Below, piece after piece: positions 1-11,100 of a stretch of DNA of 64,000 nucleotides (position 1 is the first letter of the stretch; each line of letters begins with the position of its first letter). Source of the stretch: Rhizaria sp. SCN 62-66 (Eukaryota); assembly GCA_001724265.1 (NCBI GenBank), contig MEDY01000171.1, forward strand, positions 1-64,000, written 5' to 3'. The translations under genes and the position numbers were made by a program. The notes beneath the pieces were generated by a model, which was not told the DNA's origin, searched no databases, and saw only the letters and a program-made list of their open reading frames with translations.

Positions 1-1
1 G

Positions 2-3000
2 GCGGGCGAAGACGCGTGCCGCGCGCGCGACGCCGCCGTGAGCGAGCTCAACGACTCCGTGGCGGCCTGGGCGCGCGAGCGCTCGTCGCTGCAGCGTGAC
101 GTGGCGGGGCTCGAGGCCGCCGCGGAGCAGGCACGCGAGCGTGCGCGCAAGGCGACCACACTTGAGGCCGCGTCGTCGGCCGCCGAGCAGGAGGCCGTGA
201 CGCGCGCGCGGCGGGCCGAGGCCGCGCTTGCCGCCGCGGGGAGTGAGGTCGACGCGATGCTGGGCGAAGACGCGGCCGCCGCCGGGGCGCGCGGCGGTGT
301 CGCGGAGCCCAGCGGACTCAACAGTGCCTGGGGCCAGGCTGCGGCGGCCGCGCTGGAAGACGTGCGTATCGCCGCTGTCGCCGTCGCTGCAGCGGCCGCG
401 TGTGCCACGCAGCTGCCTGCCGCGGCATCGTCGTCCGGTGCCGACAGCAGCTCTGCAGCGCTGACTCGCGTGAGCCACGAGCTCGCCGCGCTGGCGAACG
501 CGCCCATTGTATTCGCTTCCGCTTCGGCCGCGGCCGCGCGCACGCCGGCCTCGCCCTCGGGCTTTGCGCCCGTCGCGCCGGCGCCGCCCGCGCTGCGCGA
601 GCGCCTGCTGGAGTTGTGCTCACGCCGCGCAACCACGGCCGAGGCCATCGCGGCCCGTGCGGCGGCCGTCCGCGGCGGAGTGCAGCAGCTGGCGCGCCAC
701 CTCTCCGCTGCCACCGCGACCGCGCAAGCCTGTCAGGGCGCGCTCGAAGCTGCGAACACGCGCGCGGAGACGGAGACGCGTCGCGCGGACGATGCCGACG
801 TGCGTGCCGCGGCCGCTTCTGCCCGCGCGCAACAGGTGGCCGCGCTCGCCGCTGACGCCGACGAGGCTGGACGCGCGCGCGAGCGCGAGCTGTCTTTCGC
901 GCGCGAGGCTCTGCTGGCGGGCGCTGCGGGCGTTGAAGCGCTCGCGCAGACGGTGGAGCGCGTGGCTGCCCGCGCTGACGCTGTGAGTTCACACCTCGCG
1001 CGCGCAGTCTCTCAAACCGCGGACAGCCCCACCAAGTCGTACGAACCCGCGGTGGGCGCGGGCACTGTATCGGGACTGCTCGTCAAGTGCTACCAGGACG
1101 CCGCGGCGACGGACCGTTCTGTGACGGTGGAGATGCTTGCAGGCGTCGTTGCTGCCGCACTGGCCACGGTCGATAAGACGCTCACAGCCGCGGAGACCAC
1201 GGCGGAGGCTGCTGCGCGCGGCGCTGCTGAGGCCACGCGCGCCCGCTCTGGGGCGGCGGCGGATATTGCTGCCCTTGAAGCCGAGTCCAGCGCCGCCTCT
1301 GCTGCCGCTACGGCTGCGTCCGCGCGCGCTTCGTCTGCTGAGGAGCAGCTGGCCGCAGCGTCGGCCATGCTCGCAGTGCGCGAGGCCGAAGCTGCGGCGA
1401 CGCGCCAGCGGCTGCAGCAGTTGGCGCCAGTGCTCGGCAACGCCATGTCAAGCGCCGTCGCCGCAACCAAGCGCGAGGCCGCGGGAGCGGCGCGTGCCGG
1501 TGCGATGCTGCTGTTGGTGGCGGGCGGCTGGCGCATTGCGCTCACTGCTGCGCGCGAGCTGGGCCTGCAAAGGCGCTTTCTCGAGCTCGAGCTGCGCCAC
1601 GAGCGCGCGCGTGCTCGCGACCGCGACGCTGCCGCGGCGGCACAGGTCGCTGCGGTGGCTGCTGCAGCTGAGAAGCAGGCGGAGAGTGAAGGCGACCAGG
1701 AAAACTCCGCTGCCGCCGCTCCCTTTGAGCAGGCGGCGTTTGACGCTGCCACTGGCGCTTCCTCTGCGAAGAAGGGCTCCTCGTCCGCGTCCACGACTTA
1801 CAGTCTGTTTATGGCGTCCTCTTATGCGCCTAACACTTACAGTGTCGCCGCTACTGCCGCTGCACCGCGCTCGCGTGGTCTGGCCTTGTTCCGCGTGGCG
1901 GGCGTTGCTGCGCTGGCTGCAGTGCGGCTAGCGAGCTTTGTCGGTCAGTCGCTCACTTCACGTGGGCCTCAAAACCCGACTCTAGTCGGTGGAAAACACA
2001 CGAAGTACACGTACGGGTTGCACTACGGCTACTGCCCCTTCACGTCCGTGCCGCGCGGCTCCGTGGCGGCGCTGGGCCGGCCCGCCATGCTCCCGATGCC
2101 TGCGCCGCTGTGCGCGCTGGTGAGCGCGCCCTCGCGCACGGCTGATCCCGCGCTCGCGGCCCAGCGCGCGGGCGCGGAGGCCGCGCACATTGTCCAGGCT
2201 GCACTGCGCCTGGCCGTCACCTCGTCTAGCTCTGTGCCTTTCGACGCTGACGCGGCCGCTGCGGCGTCGATGGTCGACGAGCATGTTGAGTCGACCGAGG
2301 CCGCATATGCTGCCGCGCTGCGCCGCGTGACGGAGACCGTCACCGGGCTTGTCGGAAACGGCGTTGCGAACAACAGCGGCATTGGGTTCCCCTCCCTCTC
2401 TGGGACGGATGCCGACGACGCGGCCGCGCAGGCGTGGGGCGATGGCGCGGATACGAGCCAGCTCTGGAACCGCCTGCCCACGCTGGAGTGGTCGCCTTCC
2501 GGAGGCGGCTTTAACTCCGCGCAGACGGCCGCCGCCTTTGAGGGCATGCTCGCGTGGTTCGACTCTGTTTTCACCGCGGCGGGCTCTGCGCCGCTCCCGC
2601 TGCTCACTCCTTCCGCGTCGCATCTCGCTGTCACGGGCCGGAGCACCATGGGCGCGCTGTTGCTGGGCGGCGCCCACGCGCGCGCGCGGTCTGTTACGCG
2701 CCGCGCGCAGCTGCAGCTGCCGCACGCAGCCGCGTCGCGCTCTGCGCCGGGTCCTCGCCTCGCTGCCGCACTGGCTGACTCGTCCACGCGCGTGACGGCC
2801 GCCATTGACGCGCTCTCGCGTCGCGCCGGCGCTGCTGTGCGCACGATGCGCGCCGCGACCGACGCTGCGCAGAACGCCGCTGCGGAGGCTGTTGCGACCG
2901 CGGGCTCCGCGGAGGCTGCCGCGCGCACCGCGCGCGAGGCTGAGATGGTGGCGCGCACTGCGGCGACGGCGGCGGAACGCGAACGTCACTTGACTGACGA

Positions 3001-4216
3001 GCGTCTTCGTGATACCGAGGCGAATCTGCGCGCGGCTGAGGCCGACGCGACGTCGGCGGCGGCGCTGGCAGCGGCACGCGACAAGGACGCGGAGCAGCTG
3101 CGGCGCGCGCTCGAGGCTCGCGGTGCGGACATCACTGCGCTGCACGAGTACTTGCGCGGCAAGGCGGCTGCGCTGGCCGAGTCGCAAGCCCAGGCGCGCG
3201 AGGCGGGTGAGCATGTATCGCGGCTCGACTTCGAGCTTGCGGCGTGCGCGGGCAAGAACGCAGCCGCCGTGGCGCGTGTGCAGGAGCTCGAGGAGCAGCT
3301 GGGCGAGGCGCACTTGCGCGCAGAGGCGATTGCCGCGCGCGCCCGTGAAATTGAGGCAGAGGCCGAGGCGGGCCGCCGCGAGTCCATCTCGCTGGCGCAG
3401 CAGCTGCAAGCTAAGACTGAAATGTTGGCGAAGTCGCGCGACGCTATGGCCTACTTGCAGGACGAGGCGCTCTCAGCTCAGGCCCGTGCACTGCAGTCAG
3501 CGCAGCAGCTCTCTAACACGCGTGCCGCCGTGTCCCTGCTGTCCTCGCAGGTGACCGGCAACGCTGCGGCCACACCCACTGTTGCCCCTTCCGCGGGGCA
3601 CGAGAGTCGCGCTGGCACTGACGCATACGCGCCTCCAGCAGCACCTGGCTCGCCCACGCTGAAGCGCGGACTGATGCGCGCGTTTAACGCAGTGGTGCGT
3701 GGTGATGTTGCCGACCGGTCCGCTGCGGACCGCTCTGCACTCGGACTCGACCGCAGCTTTGCAGCCGACGCGAGCACCACGCAGCGCGCGACTGGCAGTG
3801 CAACGGCTGCGCAGCGCGCAGCTGAGATCGGCACGCGTGCTGGTCAAGCCGCCGCTGCTGCCGCTGCAGCCGCTGCCGCAGCCATGAACCGCGCTGGTGG
3901 CTCTAGCGCCGCGCATAGTGCATCGTTTGCTGCCGACGGCGCATCCTCGTCCGCGGGCTTTGCGGCGCAGACAGCGTCGTCTCTGGCGAAGCATGTTGAC
4001 CGCCACGATCGTGCGCAGACCACGGTTAAGACGCGCACGACTGTCAGCAAGACCACTGCCGCAGCACCCGCGAACGCGGTTGTGAGTACGGCTGGCACGC
4101 GGATGCTTCCTAGCACAGCACTCCCTACCCCATCTCTTGGCCGTAGTGCGCTCGACGACGCACTGGCAGAGGCGCGCGCCACTCACCAGTGGATTACCGA
4201 CCTCGACCGCGAGTAA
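2..4216 (+). CDS. Long coiled-coil protein, CCDC171-like; 5' end lies outside the window
   Basis: Frame is open from position 2 to TAA at 4214-4216, followed by an abrupt switch to AT-rich sequence. Heptad-like A/E/R-rich segments. 'LGLQRRFLELEL' and 'LFRVAGVAALAAVRL' resemble motifs I recall from CCDC171-family proteins (family call tentative). Confidence 0.7.
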   Translation, partial: AGEDACRARDAAVSELNDSVAAWARERSSLQRDVAGLEAAAEQARERARKATTLEAASSAAEQEAVTRARRAEAALAAAGSEVDAMLGEDAAAAGARGGVAEPSGLNSAWGQAAAAALEDVRIAAVAVAAAAACATQLPAAASSSGADSSSAALTRVSHELAALANAPIVFASASAAAARTPASPSGFAPVAPAPPALRERLLELCSRRATTAEAIAARAAAVRGGVQQLARHLSAATATAQACQGALEAANTRAETETRRADDADVRAAAASARAQQVAALAADADEAGRARERELSFAREALLAGAAGVEALAQTVERVAARADAVSSHLARAVSQTADSPTKSYEPAVGAGTVSGLLVKCYQDAAATDRSVTVEMLAGVVAAALATVDKTLTAAETTAEAAARGAAEATRARSGAAADIAALEAESSAASAAATAASARASSAEEQLAAASAMLAVREAEAAATRQRLQQLAPVLGNAMSSAVAATKREAAGAARAGAMLLLVAGGWRIALTAARELGLQRRFLELELRHERARARDRDAAAAAQVAAVAAAAEKQAESEGDQENSAAAAPFEQAAFDAATGASSAKKGSSSASTTYSLFMASSYAPNTYSVAATAAAPRSRGLALFRVAGVAALAAVRLASFVGQSLTSRGPQNPTLVGGKHTKYTYGLHYGYCPFTSVPRGSVAALGRPAMLPMPAPLCALVSAPSRTADPALAAQRAGAEAAHIVQAALRLAVTSSSSVPFDADAAAAASMVDEHVESTEAAYAAALRRVTETVTGLVGNGVANNSGIGFPSLSGTDADDAAAQAWGDGADTSQLWNRLPTLEWSPSGGGFNSAQTAAAFEGMLAWFDSVFTAAGSAPLPLLTPSASHLAVTGRSTMGALLLGGAHARARSVTRRAQLQLPHAAASRSAPGPRLAAALADSSTRVTAAIDALSRRAGAAVRTMRAATDAAQNAAAEAVATAGSAEAAARTAREAEMVARTAATAAERERHLTDERLRDTEANLRAAEADATSAAALAAARDKDAEQLRRALEARGADITALHEYLRGKAAALAESQAQAREAGEHVSRLDFELAACAGKNAAAVARVQELEEQLGEAHLRAEAIAARAREIEAEAEAGRRESISLAQQLQAKTEMLAKSRDAMAYLQDEALSAQARALQSAQQLSNTRAAVSLLSSQVTGNAAATPTVAPSAGHESRAGTDAYAPPAAPGSPTLKRGLMRAFNAVVRGDVADRSAADRSALGLDRSFAADASTTQRATGSATAAQRAAEIGTRAGQAAAAAAAAAAAAMNRAGGSSAAHSASFAADGASSSAGFAAQTASSLAKHVDRHDRAQTTVKTRTTVSKTTAAAPANAVVSTAGTRMLPSTALPTPSLGRSALDDALAEARATHQWITDLDRE

Positions 4217-4426
4217 ATGTATTATTAGTATTTGATTAATGTACAGTGTACGCGAAATTTAGTTGATTTATTGTTTATAATCATGCAGATATATGTGAGT
4301 TAATACATCATGCTGTTTTGAAATACGTAAAGTATGGACTAATGTAAGATACAAAGTGTGGCCCTGAGCGAGTTGTAATCACTGGACCCAAAACTGTCTT
4401 GAGAAAGAAAAGAACACTGCAAAGCA

Positions 4427-7400
4427 TCATGTGCGCTTGAGCATCTCGTCGCGAATCTTATAGAAAGCCGCAATGTCCGCGTCGGCCTGCTTATTCCCCG
4501 TGGAGACAAACTGAGCGACACCCGCCGCCGGGGCCGGCGCCGCCGCAGGCACAGGGCTGGGCGCTGCGCCATACGCGCCCGCCGAGACCGTCGGCGTGGG
4601 CGGCTTGTACACCGGCGCTGACACCGGCACGGGCGAGGGCGCCGTGTTCTGGCCGTAGCCGTACGCGCCGTTGCCGTAGGCGTGCGCGGCGGGAACCTGG
4701 GTCTGCGCAGGCGCGGGCGCGGGCGCTGGCGCAGCGGGCATGGGCGTGGGCGCTGCGGAGGCGCGGCCGGGCACGGACTTGACCTTCGCCTGCTCTGTCG
4801 CAAACCAGTTGTCGAAGTCGCTCTGCATCTTGCGGCGCTGCTTCTCCATCATATGCTGCAGCGACTCGATCTGTGTGCGCAGGTCTTTGAGGCGCAGGAA
4901 GCCGTCGCGGTACAAGCGCTTCTCGTGCTCCATACGGTCCAGCAACGCAATCTATAGAAACAATATTAAATAATATGTTAACAGCAAATGTAGACCAAAA
5001 ATGAGGATAAAGACCAAAAGAATAGTGAGGATCATGAAAGTGCACTCGTTTCAAGTGCAAGCATCGTACCTCCTCCTCTGTAGGTGCGCCAGCAGAGGGA
5101 TCCTCTGCGCCATCAGCAGCAGCGCGCACGTCGTTGGTGAGGCGCTCTTGGCGCACGCGCGCAAGCTGCTCTTTAGCCGAGCCGACCGCAGTACGCGCAG
5201 CGTTGACGCTCTCGCCAACAGCCTTGGCCTCCTCGATGCTGGCGCGCAGGGCGCTCTTGTTGCTCTCGATCGCGTCGCGGTCCGGGTACGTGGCCTTGTA
5301 GGCTTCGAAAGCGCTCGCGCGGTCAACCAGCTCCTGCTGCTCGCCGCGCGAGAGCCCGCTGGCCGTGTCGGGGGCCGCGCCGCCGCCAACGCGCGCCTGC
5401 AGCTGCGCGGCGCCGGCCTCGACACGCTGCAACACAGCCGCCGACGGTAGCGGACGGCCCTCAAGCACAGCGCGCAGCTTCGCGTCGTCGGCCAGCGCGG
5501 CCGCGCGACCGGGCGCCGCGCCGTCGCGCTGCTGCAGCATGCCCGCCAGGATTGCGATCTCGTTGTCGCGCGCATGAAGCTGCAGCCGCAGCCGGCGGAC
5601 CTCCTCCTGGTACGCCGCAGCCTCCGCAGCCGCGGCCGCAGACGCGCCCGCGCCGCCGGGCCCGCGCGCAGAGGCCAGCTCACCCAGACCCGCGGCCGCA
5701 TCGCCATCGCCAGCACCCGCGCCAGTGGCCCCTACAGCGCCAGCAGCGCCAGCGCCGCTCGCGCCACCCGGAGAGCGGTTGTACATAGCCTTGAGCTGCT
5801 CGAGGAAGAAGCCGACCTTGGTGGAGTTGACAAAAAGCGGCCGCAGCGAGCCGCCCCACACCAGGTGCTCGTTGCCGGGTGCCGTGGTGATCGCGGCGTT
5901 GCCGCCCGCGGCTGCAGCGGCCGCAGCGGCCGAGGCGGCGGCGGACTCGGCCAGGAACTCGCGCAGCGCGCGGAGACAGCGCTCGCGCTCGTCGGGCGTG
6001 AGCGGGCCGGGCGGCGGCGCCTTGCCCTGCAGCGCAAGCAGCTGCTCGCGCGTCTCGCGCAACTGCGACTTAAGCTTGCCGACTAAGATGCGCGGGTCAA
6101 CCTCTTCGTTGACGTACGTCTCGTTGCGAATCAGTGACACGCGCTGCGCAAAGCGGGCAGTACTGAGAGTGAAAAGCAATGTTCGAGAAATTAAGGAATA
6201 TAGATGAATATGTTAGCAGAGAGACATTAAGATACGACATATAAAAAATAGAGGGCAAAAAAAAGGAAGCGACAAAGCTGGCGTGTGAGCGTACCTGACC
6301 GTCTCGTCGAGGTGGTTCTGCTCCATGGACATTGTCGCAAGCATGGCTGTGCGGCAGTTACCACCAAGCGAGTCCTGGAGAACGAGCGTGAGCAGCGAGT
6401 TGCGGTAGGGCACGTGCGAGCGTTTGCCGCGACCGCGCTCCTGCAGCGCAACAATGACCTGCTCGAGGTAATGCAGCGAGAGGTTAATGTACTTGGCCTC
6501 GGTGAGGTTCTTGCCCTTGATGTCCGTCTTCTTGACGCGCTCTGAACCGGCGAGATCGACCAAGTGCAGCTTCGAGCGGCGCACACGGCCCGAGGCCAGG
6601 TCCTTCATCTCGAGTGCGATGGTGAAGACGCAGTGCGAGCGCGTCGACACGTCGTTGGACGGCGTCTCGCAGATGATGCGGTTCGTGTCACCGACGAAGA
6701 GCAGGTTCAGCGCCTCGTCGACGGTCGAGCACGTGAACTCGCCCAGATTGCGCAGCGACACGTTGCCCTGCTCGTCGTGCACGACGCCAACCTTGGGCAG
6801 GTCCTCCAGCGCCTTGGAGTCGTGCGAAGGGTCGAGCAAGTCGTAACCGTTGAGGTTGTAGATCTCCAGATAGCTCACGCGCACTGTGGCCTGCACGCCC
6901 GTGCGCTTTTCCAGTTCGGCAAAGATGTGCGCCAGCGCGCGCGGGATAATACCGCGCTGCTCGTACTGCGCAGTGCCGCCCGTGATGGAGAAAGTCTTGC
7001 CGGAACCGGTTTGGCCGTACGCGAACACTGTGCCGTTGTAGCCCGCCAGAACGGACTGCACGATCGGCAGCGCCAGCGTCTCAAACACGTGTGCCTGCGT
7101 CGCGTCCGTGTCAAAAATGTGCGCGAACTTAAACGTGTGCTGCTCGCGCGTGTTGTTCACAAACCCGCCTGCTTCTGAAACAGGCACGCGAACGTCAACC
7201 TACAGACATCATAGCGAAACAGTGTGTTCGAGAAGTCAGACCAAGTACATGTGATGAATGATGGTAATGTGAGTCAACACTTCGATATATTTAAACGAAC
7301 CTTTCCTGTAGTCTTGTCAATGTCGCAGAGAGCGCGTGCGGGGTTGCGAGTAGGGCGGAAGCGGCAGTAAATCTCAATCTTGTCCGTTGTTACCACAGGC

Positions 7401-7558
7401 TTCTGCTCCCCGTCGTCACCTAACTCGTCTGCGTTGTTGCTGTTGTCGCCACCCGGACCGGAAGGCGACAAAGCAGAGTCAGGAGGCACAACAGAAGCAC
7501 GGCCTGTTGACGGATCATCGCTGATGCGGGCAGAAGTCACCTCGCGCGGTGTGTACAT
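4427..7558 (-). CDS. KIF6: Kinesin-9 family motor (KIF6-like), 4 exons: 7558-7301, 7199-6295, 6162-5070, 4951-4427 (926 aa)
   Basis: P-loop FAYGQTGSGKT, switch I NDVSTRSH, switch II LVDLAGSER, HVPYRNSLLT, and C-terminal 'TGNKQADADIAAFYKIRD' typical of KIF6. Three GT-AG introns (7300-7200, 6294-6163, 5069-4952) keep the frame (e.g. ETVS|TARF). Ends in TGA. Confidence 0.9.
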
Positions 7559-8108
7559 TGCCTTCTTCTCGAACAAGGAGCCTTTGAACTTCGAGGTTGT
7601 CTAGAAGAGAAAAATCCCATGGAAATAAAACTATCTTGGGTTAGCAAAACGTTAATGAAATTAAATGTATGCTTTTTTTCTCATGTCTCAGCCTCATTCC
7701 TTTTGACGATCGAAAACTGGCACAGTAACCTTTTTCTATACGAATGCTCTGGTCGCCTCGTGCGACCCGTTGGCTCGCGTGCGACAGAGGAGTAACTCAC
7801 AACATGCGCAAAACTGATGATATCTCCGTGTATTGGATTGATACCAAGCTGAAAAGTGGTGCGTCGCTGCGTTAAATCAAAAATATATATTTATTCAAGT
7901 TGAATTTCTCATTAAAACATATGTGACGCTCCACACTCGAGTCTAAGTTCGGTGATCGACCTCGCCACAAACTAGTAAAATTCGTAATCACTCCATCCTT
8001 TCACTATGAAATCAACACTGCCACGCTGCACTTTCATTAAAATAAATCACTTGAGGTAGTTGATTTGCATAAGATGCCGTCTGCAGACAAAAACACTCGG
8101 TTATAGCC

Positions 8109-11100
8109 TCAGTTGTCCTCTTCCTCATCTTCATCATCAACACTACCGTCATCGTCGACGGAGTCCTCGGCGTCGTCACTGCACCTGACAAGCTCCTCGG
8201 TGGCAGCAGCCTCCTGTGCAGCAGCCTGCAGCACAGCGCTCAGCCCGGTGGCCCAGACTTTGCACTCAAGCTCGGTATCGAACACAACGTGCAGCAGTTT
8301 CGCCGACGGCGCGCCTGCGACGCCCGCGGGCGCGGGAGAGCCGAGTCCGCCAGTCGGTGATAGCAGCCCCGCGGGGCCCGCCGCGGCCGGCGCCGCCGCC
8401 ACTGTCACGATTGTCATGCACCGGTTCATCTGACTATCGCTCGCATACGACTGTGAGCCTTCCGATGAGACAAGAGGCTCGTCCTCTAAATCCTTGCCAG
8501 CGCTGAGACGTGCCAGGGCCGCGACAGGGCTGGCGGCCGTGAGCATGCGTTTCGCAACCACGGAGTCGCCGCCCACAAGCACGGCCTTGACGGTGGTCAG
8601 CGGCGTCTGCAGTGCGCGCGAGCCGTCGGCGGGCTCGAACGAAAGGAACTCGGCCCCGCCGTCGGGCAGACGCAGCCGTGCGCGGTGCGCAGAGGCACAC
8701 ATTGTCGATGCAGATGGTGCTGAGGTAAAGTGCACCAGTGCCACAGAGGTTGCTGTGCTTAGTAAAGAAGTAAAGACAGAGCTCGTAGCATCTTTACGTT
8801 CTGAGGAATGAAGAAAAACATGAATCGATTTCGGGCGATAAAAAAAGCGATCGTCAGAAATGAGAATGAATAAACACAAAAACTAAAATCTTATTCAAAA
8901 GATAAATTTAAAATTTAATACATTAAATACAAATAAAGTGATTATTGAAATATTATACTTTAATTTGACTCATATCATGCGTAGATATGTCTGTTTTCGT
9001 ACCTTGCTTGCCGACCTGACCCTCGTGCATAAGGTAGTTGGCCCACATCATAGCCGCCTCGCGCGTCGTCACGTCGCTGCGCTGCCCGGGTGACATCAAC
9101 CCGCCTGCAGCCGCGCCGTGCGCAATTGAATGCCGGTCCGGACTCACCATCACGCTCATATCACCTAGAGCCAGCGATGACCGGCCCTTATTTGCCCCAG
9201 TAGCAGCGGAGAAGCTCAGCCGCCGCGTTACAGCAGCTGCGCTGCCGCGCGCGCTGAGCGCGGGCATGTCGCCCAACGCGTCACCGTCCTCGTCTCTAGG
9301 AGCATTAGCCTCGGTCTGACCAGCGCTGTCGTCGCAATCATCGTCTTCGTCTTCGCCGTCGTCGACCACCGGCGCCAGCGCGCCTGACGCGAGACTCATG
9401 CGGCCGCGTCCAGCGCCGGCGCGGCCCTGCAGCGCCTCACGGACCTCGATGCCCGTGCCATCAAGGCTCAGCCGTCCGTTGGGACCTAGTGATAGGCGCG
9501 GCAGCAGCCGCACCGCGCCCGGCGCCGCCAGCGACTGCCGGCGCGACGCTGCAGAGGCGGCGCCAGACTGACGCCGAGAGCTTGCTGCCGACTGCTTGCT
9601 GACATCCTTGTTACAAGAGGCGTCGTTCACGTCGTCATCATCGTCCTCGTCCTCTTCCTCGGCGCCCTCAAGCGTCTCGTAGACGACGTCGAGCAGTGAC
9701 ATGCCGGTGCCCGCACCCGCTCCCCAGTCATCGCCCGCGTCGCACTGCTGGATCAAGATAGAGCGCCCGCGCCGCGCCGTGCGCCGCGCCTCCTGGCGCA
9801 GGTCGTGGTACTCGACGTCGGTGACGTGGCCGTCGGCAAAGAGCTGCGCCAGCGGCACGATTTGCGCCGTGACGCACCCGTCGGCGCCTACGTGCTGCAC
9901 GATCACATCGTCGTCGCCGTCGTCGCAGGAGTCCTCGAACACGATCTCTCCGCGCACGACCTCGAGCGGGCCGTTCTCCGTTGCCACGGACGCCTGCTGA
10001 GGCGGCTGCGCACGCACGTTCACGGCGCTAATGCTGATTCGACGCGCAGTGGCGATAGGCACACCCGCGTCGTTGTTGATGACCTCAACGACCTGGTCCT
10101 CGTCATCCCAGTCTTCTGTGATCACGTCCATCGCCAGTACTTGCGGCTGCTGCTGTTGCGATGTCTGCTTCTGCAACTGAGAACGCGCTTGCTCGTGCTC
10201 AGAGGGAGAATACTCGTCGATCTCAACGATCTCGACCTCTTCACCAAAGCTCTCACCGTTGACAAGCTCAGCCAGCGCTGCCGCGTCAGTCATCACGTAC
10301 TCTGAGCCGTCGGCCGTGCGTCGGATCACCTGCACCTCGACGCCCTCGTCCGCCTCCAGGTCGTCGCCCTCGTACATCAGACGTATCTCACCGCGCACAA
10401 CCTGCAGCGAGCGGCGCCGCGCGCCTGCCGCGCCGCCGAGGCTCGGCCGGCCCATACCGAGGGCGCTGCCACCGATGCTGGGTCCGCGCAGACGGCGCAC
10501 GTGCTGCTGCATCCCCGGAGACGCGCACAGACTGACGCGACGCGACGCCACCAGCAGCGGCGATCCGGGCGCAGAGTCGCCCGCTGCAGTCGCCAGCGTG
10601 GGCACTGCCGCGCTGTCGGTGCCGCCGGGTGTGGAGCCCGCATCTGCAGCCACACCGGTCTTGATGGGCGACAAGTGCTGCGCTGCAACGGCAGCCGCAA
10701 CGTTTGCGGACACAACGGTATTAGGTGCGGCAGCAAAGCCAGAGGCGGGTGCAGTCTGCTTGGGCGCAATCACAATAATCTTCTTGGCCTTGTTAGCCAC
10801 AGCTGCAATGGCAGGTGCGGCCATATTGGCAACGCGCGGCAGGGCGGTTTGCGTGACGCTGGGCACGAGACTAGCCCGGCCGGCAGTGCGCTGAGCGGAT
10901 ACTGGTGAGAAGAGCCCGCCTGAGGTGGCAACAGACGCGCGCGCAGCCCGCGGCTGGGCCCGTGCCGCACCGGGGCCGGTCACCGTGGACAGCCGACGGA
11001 AGCCGCCGGCACCAATGCCCGCACCCGCGGCAAGCGAGAGGCGCGACGAGCTCAGGATGATGGACGCCCGGTGCGCCACTGCGCTGCTGCGGTCGCGGCT

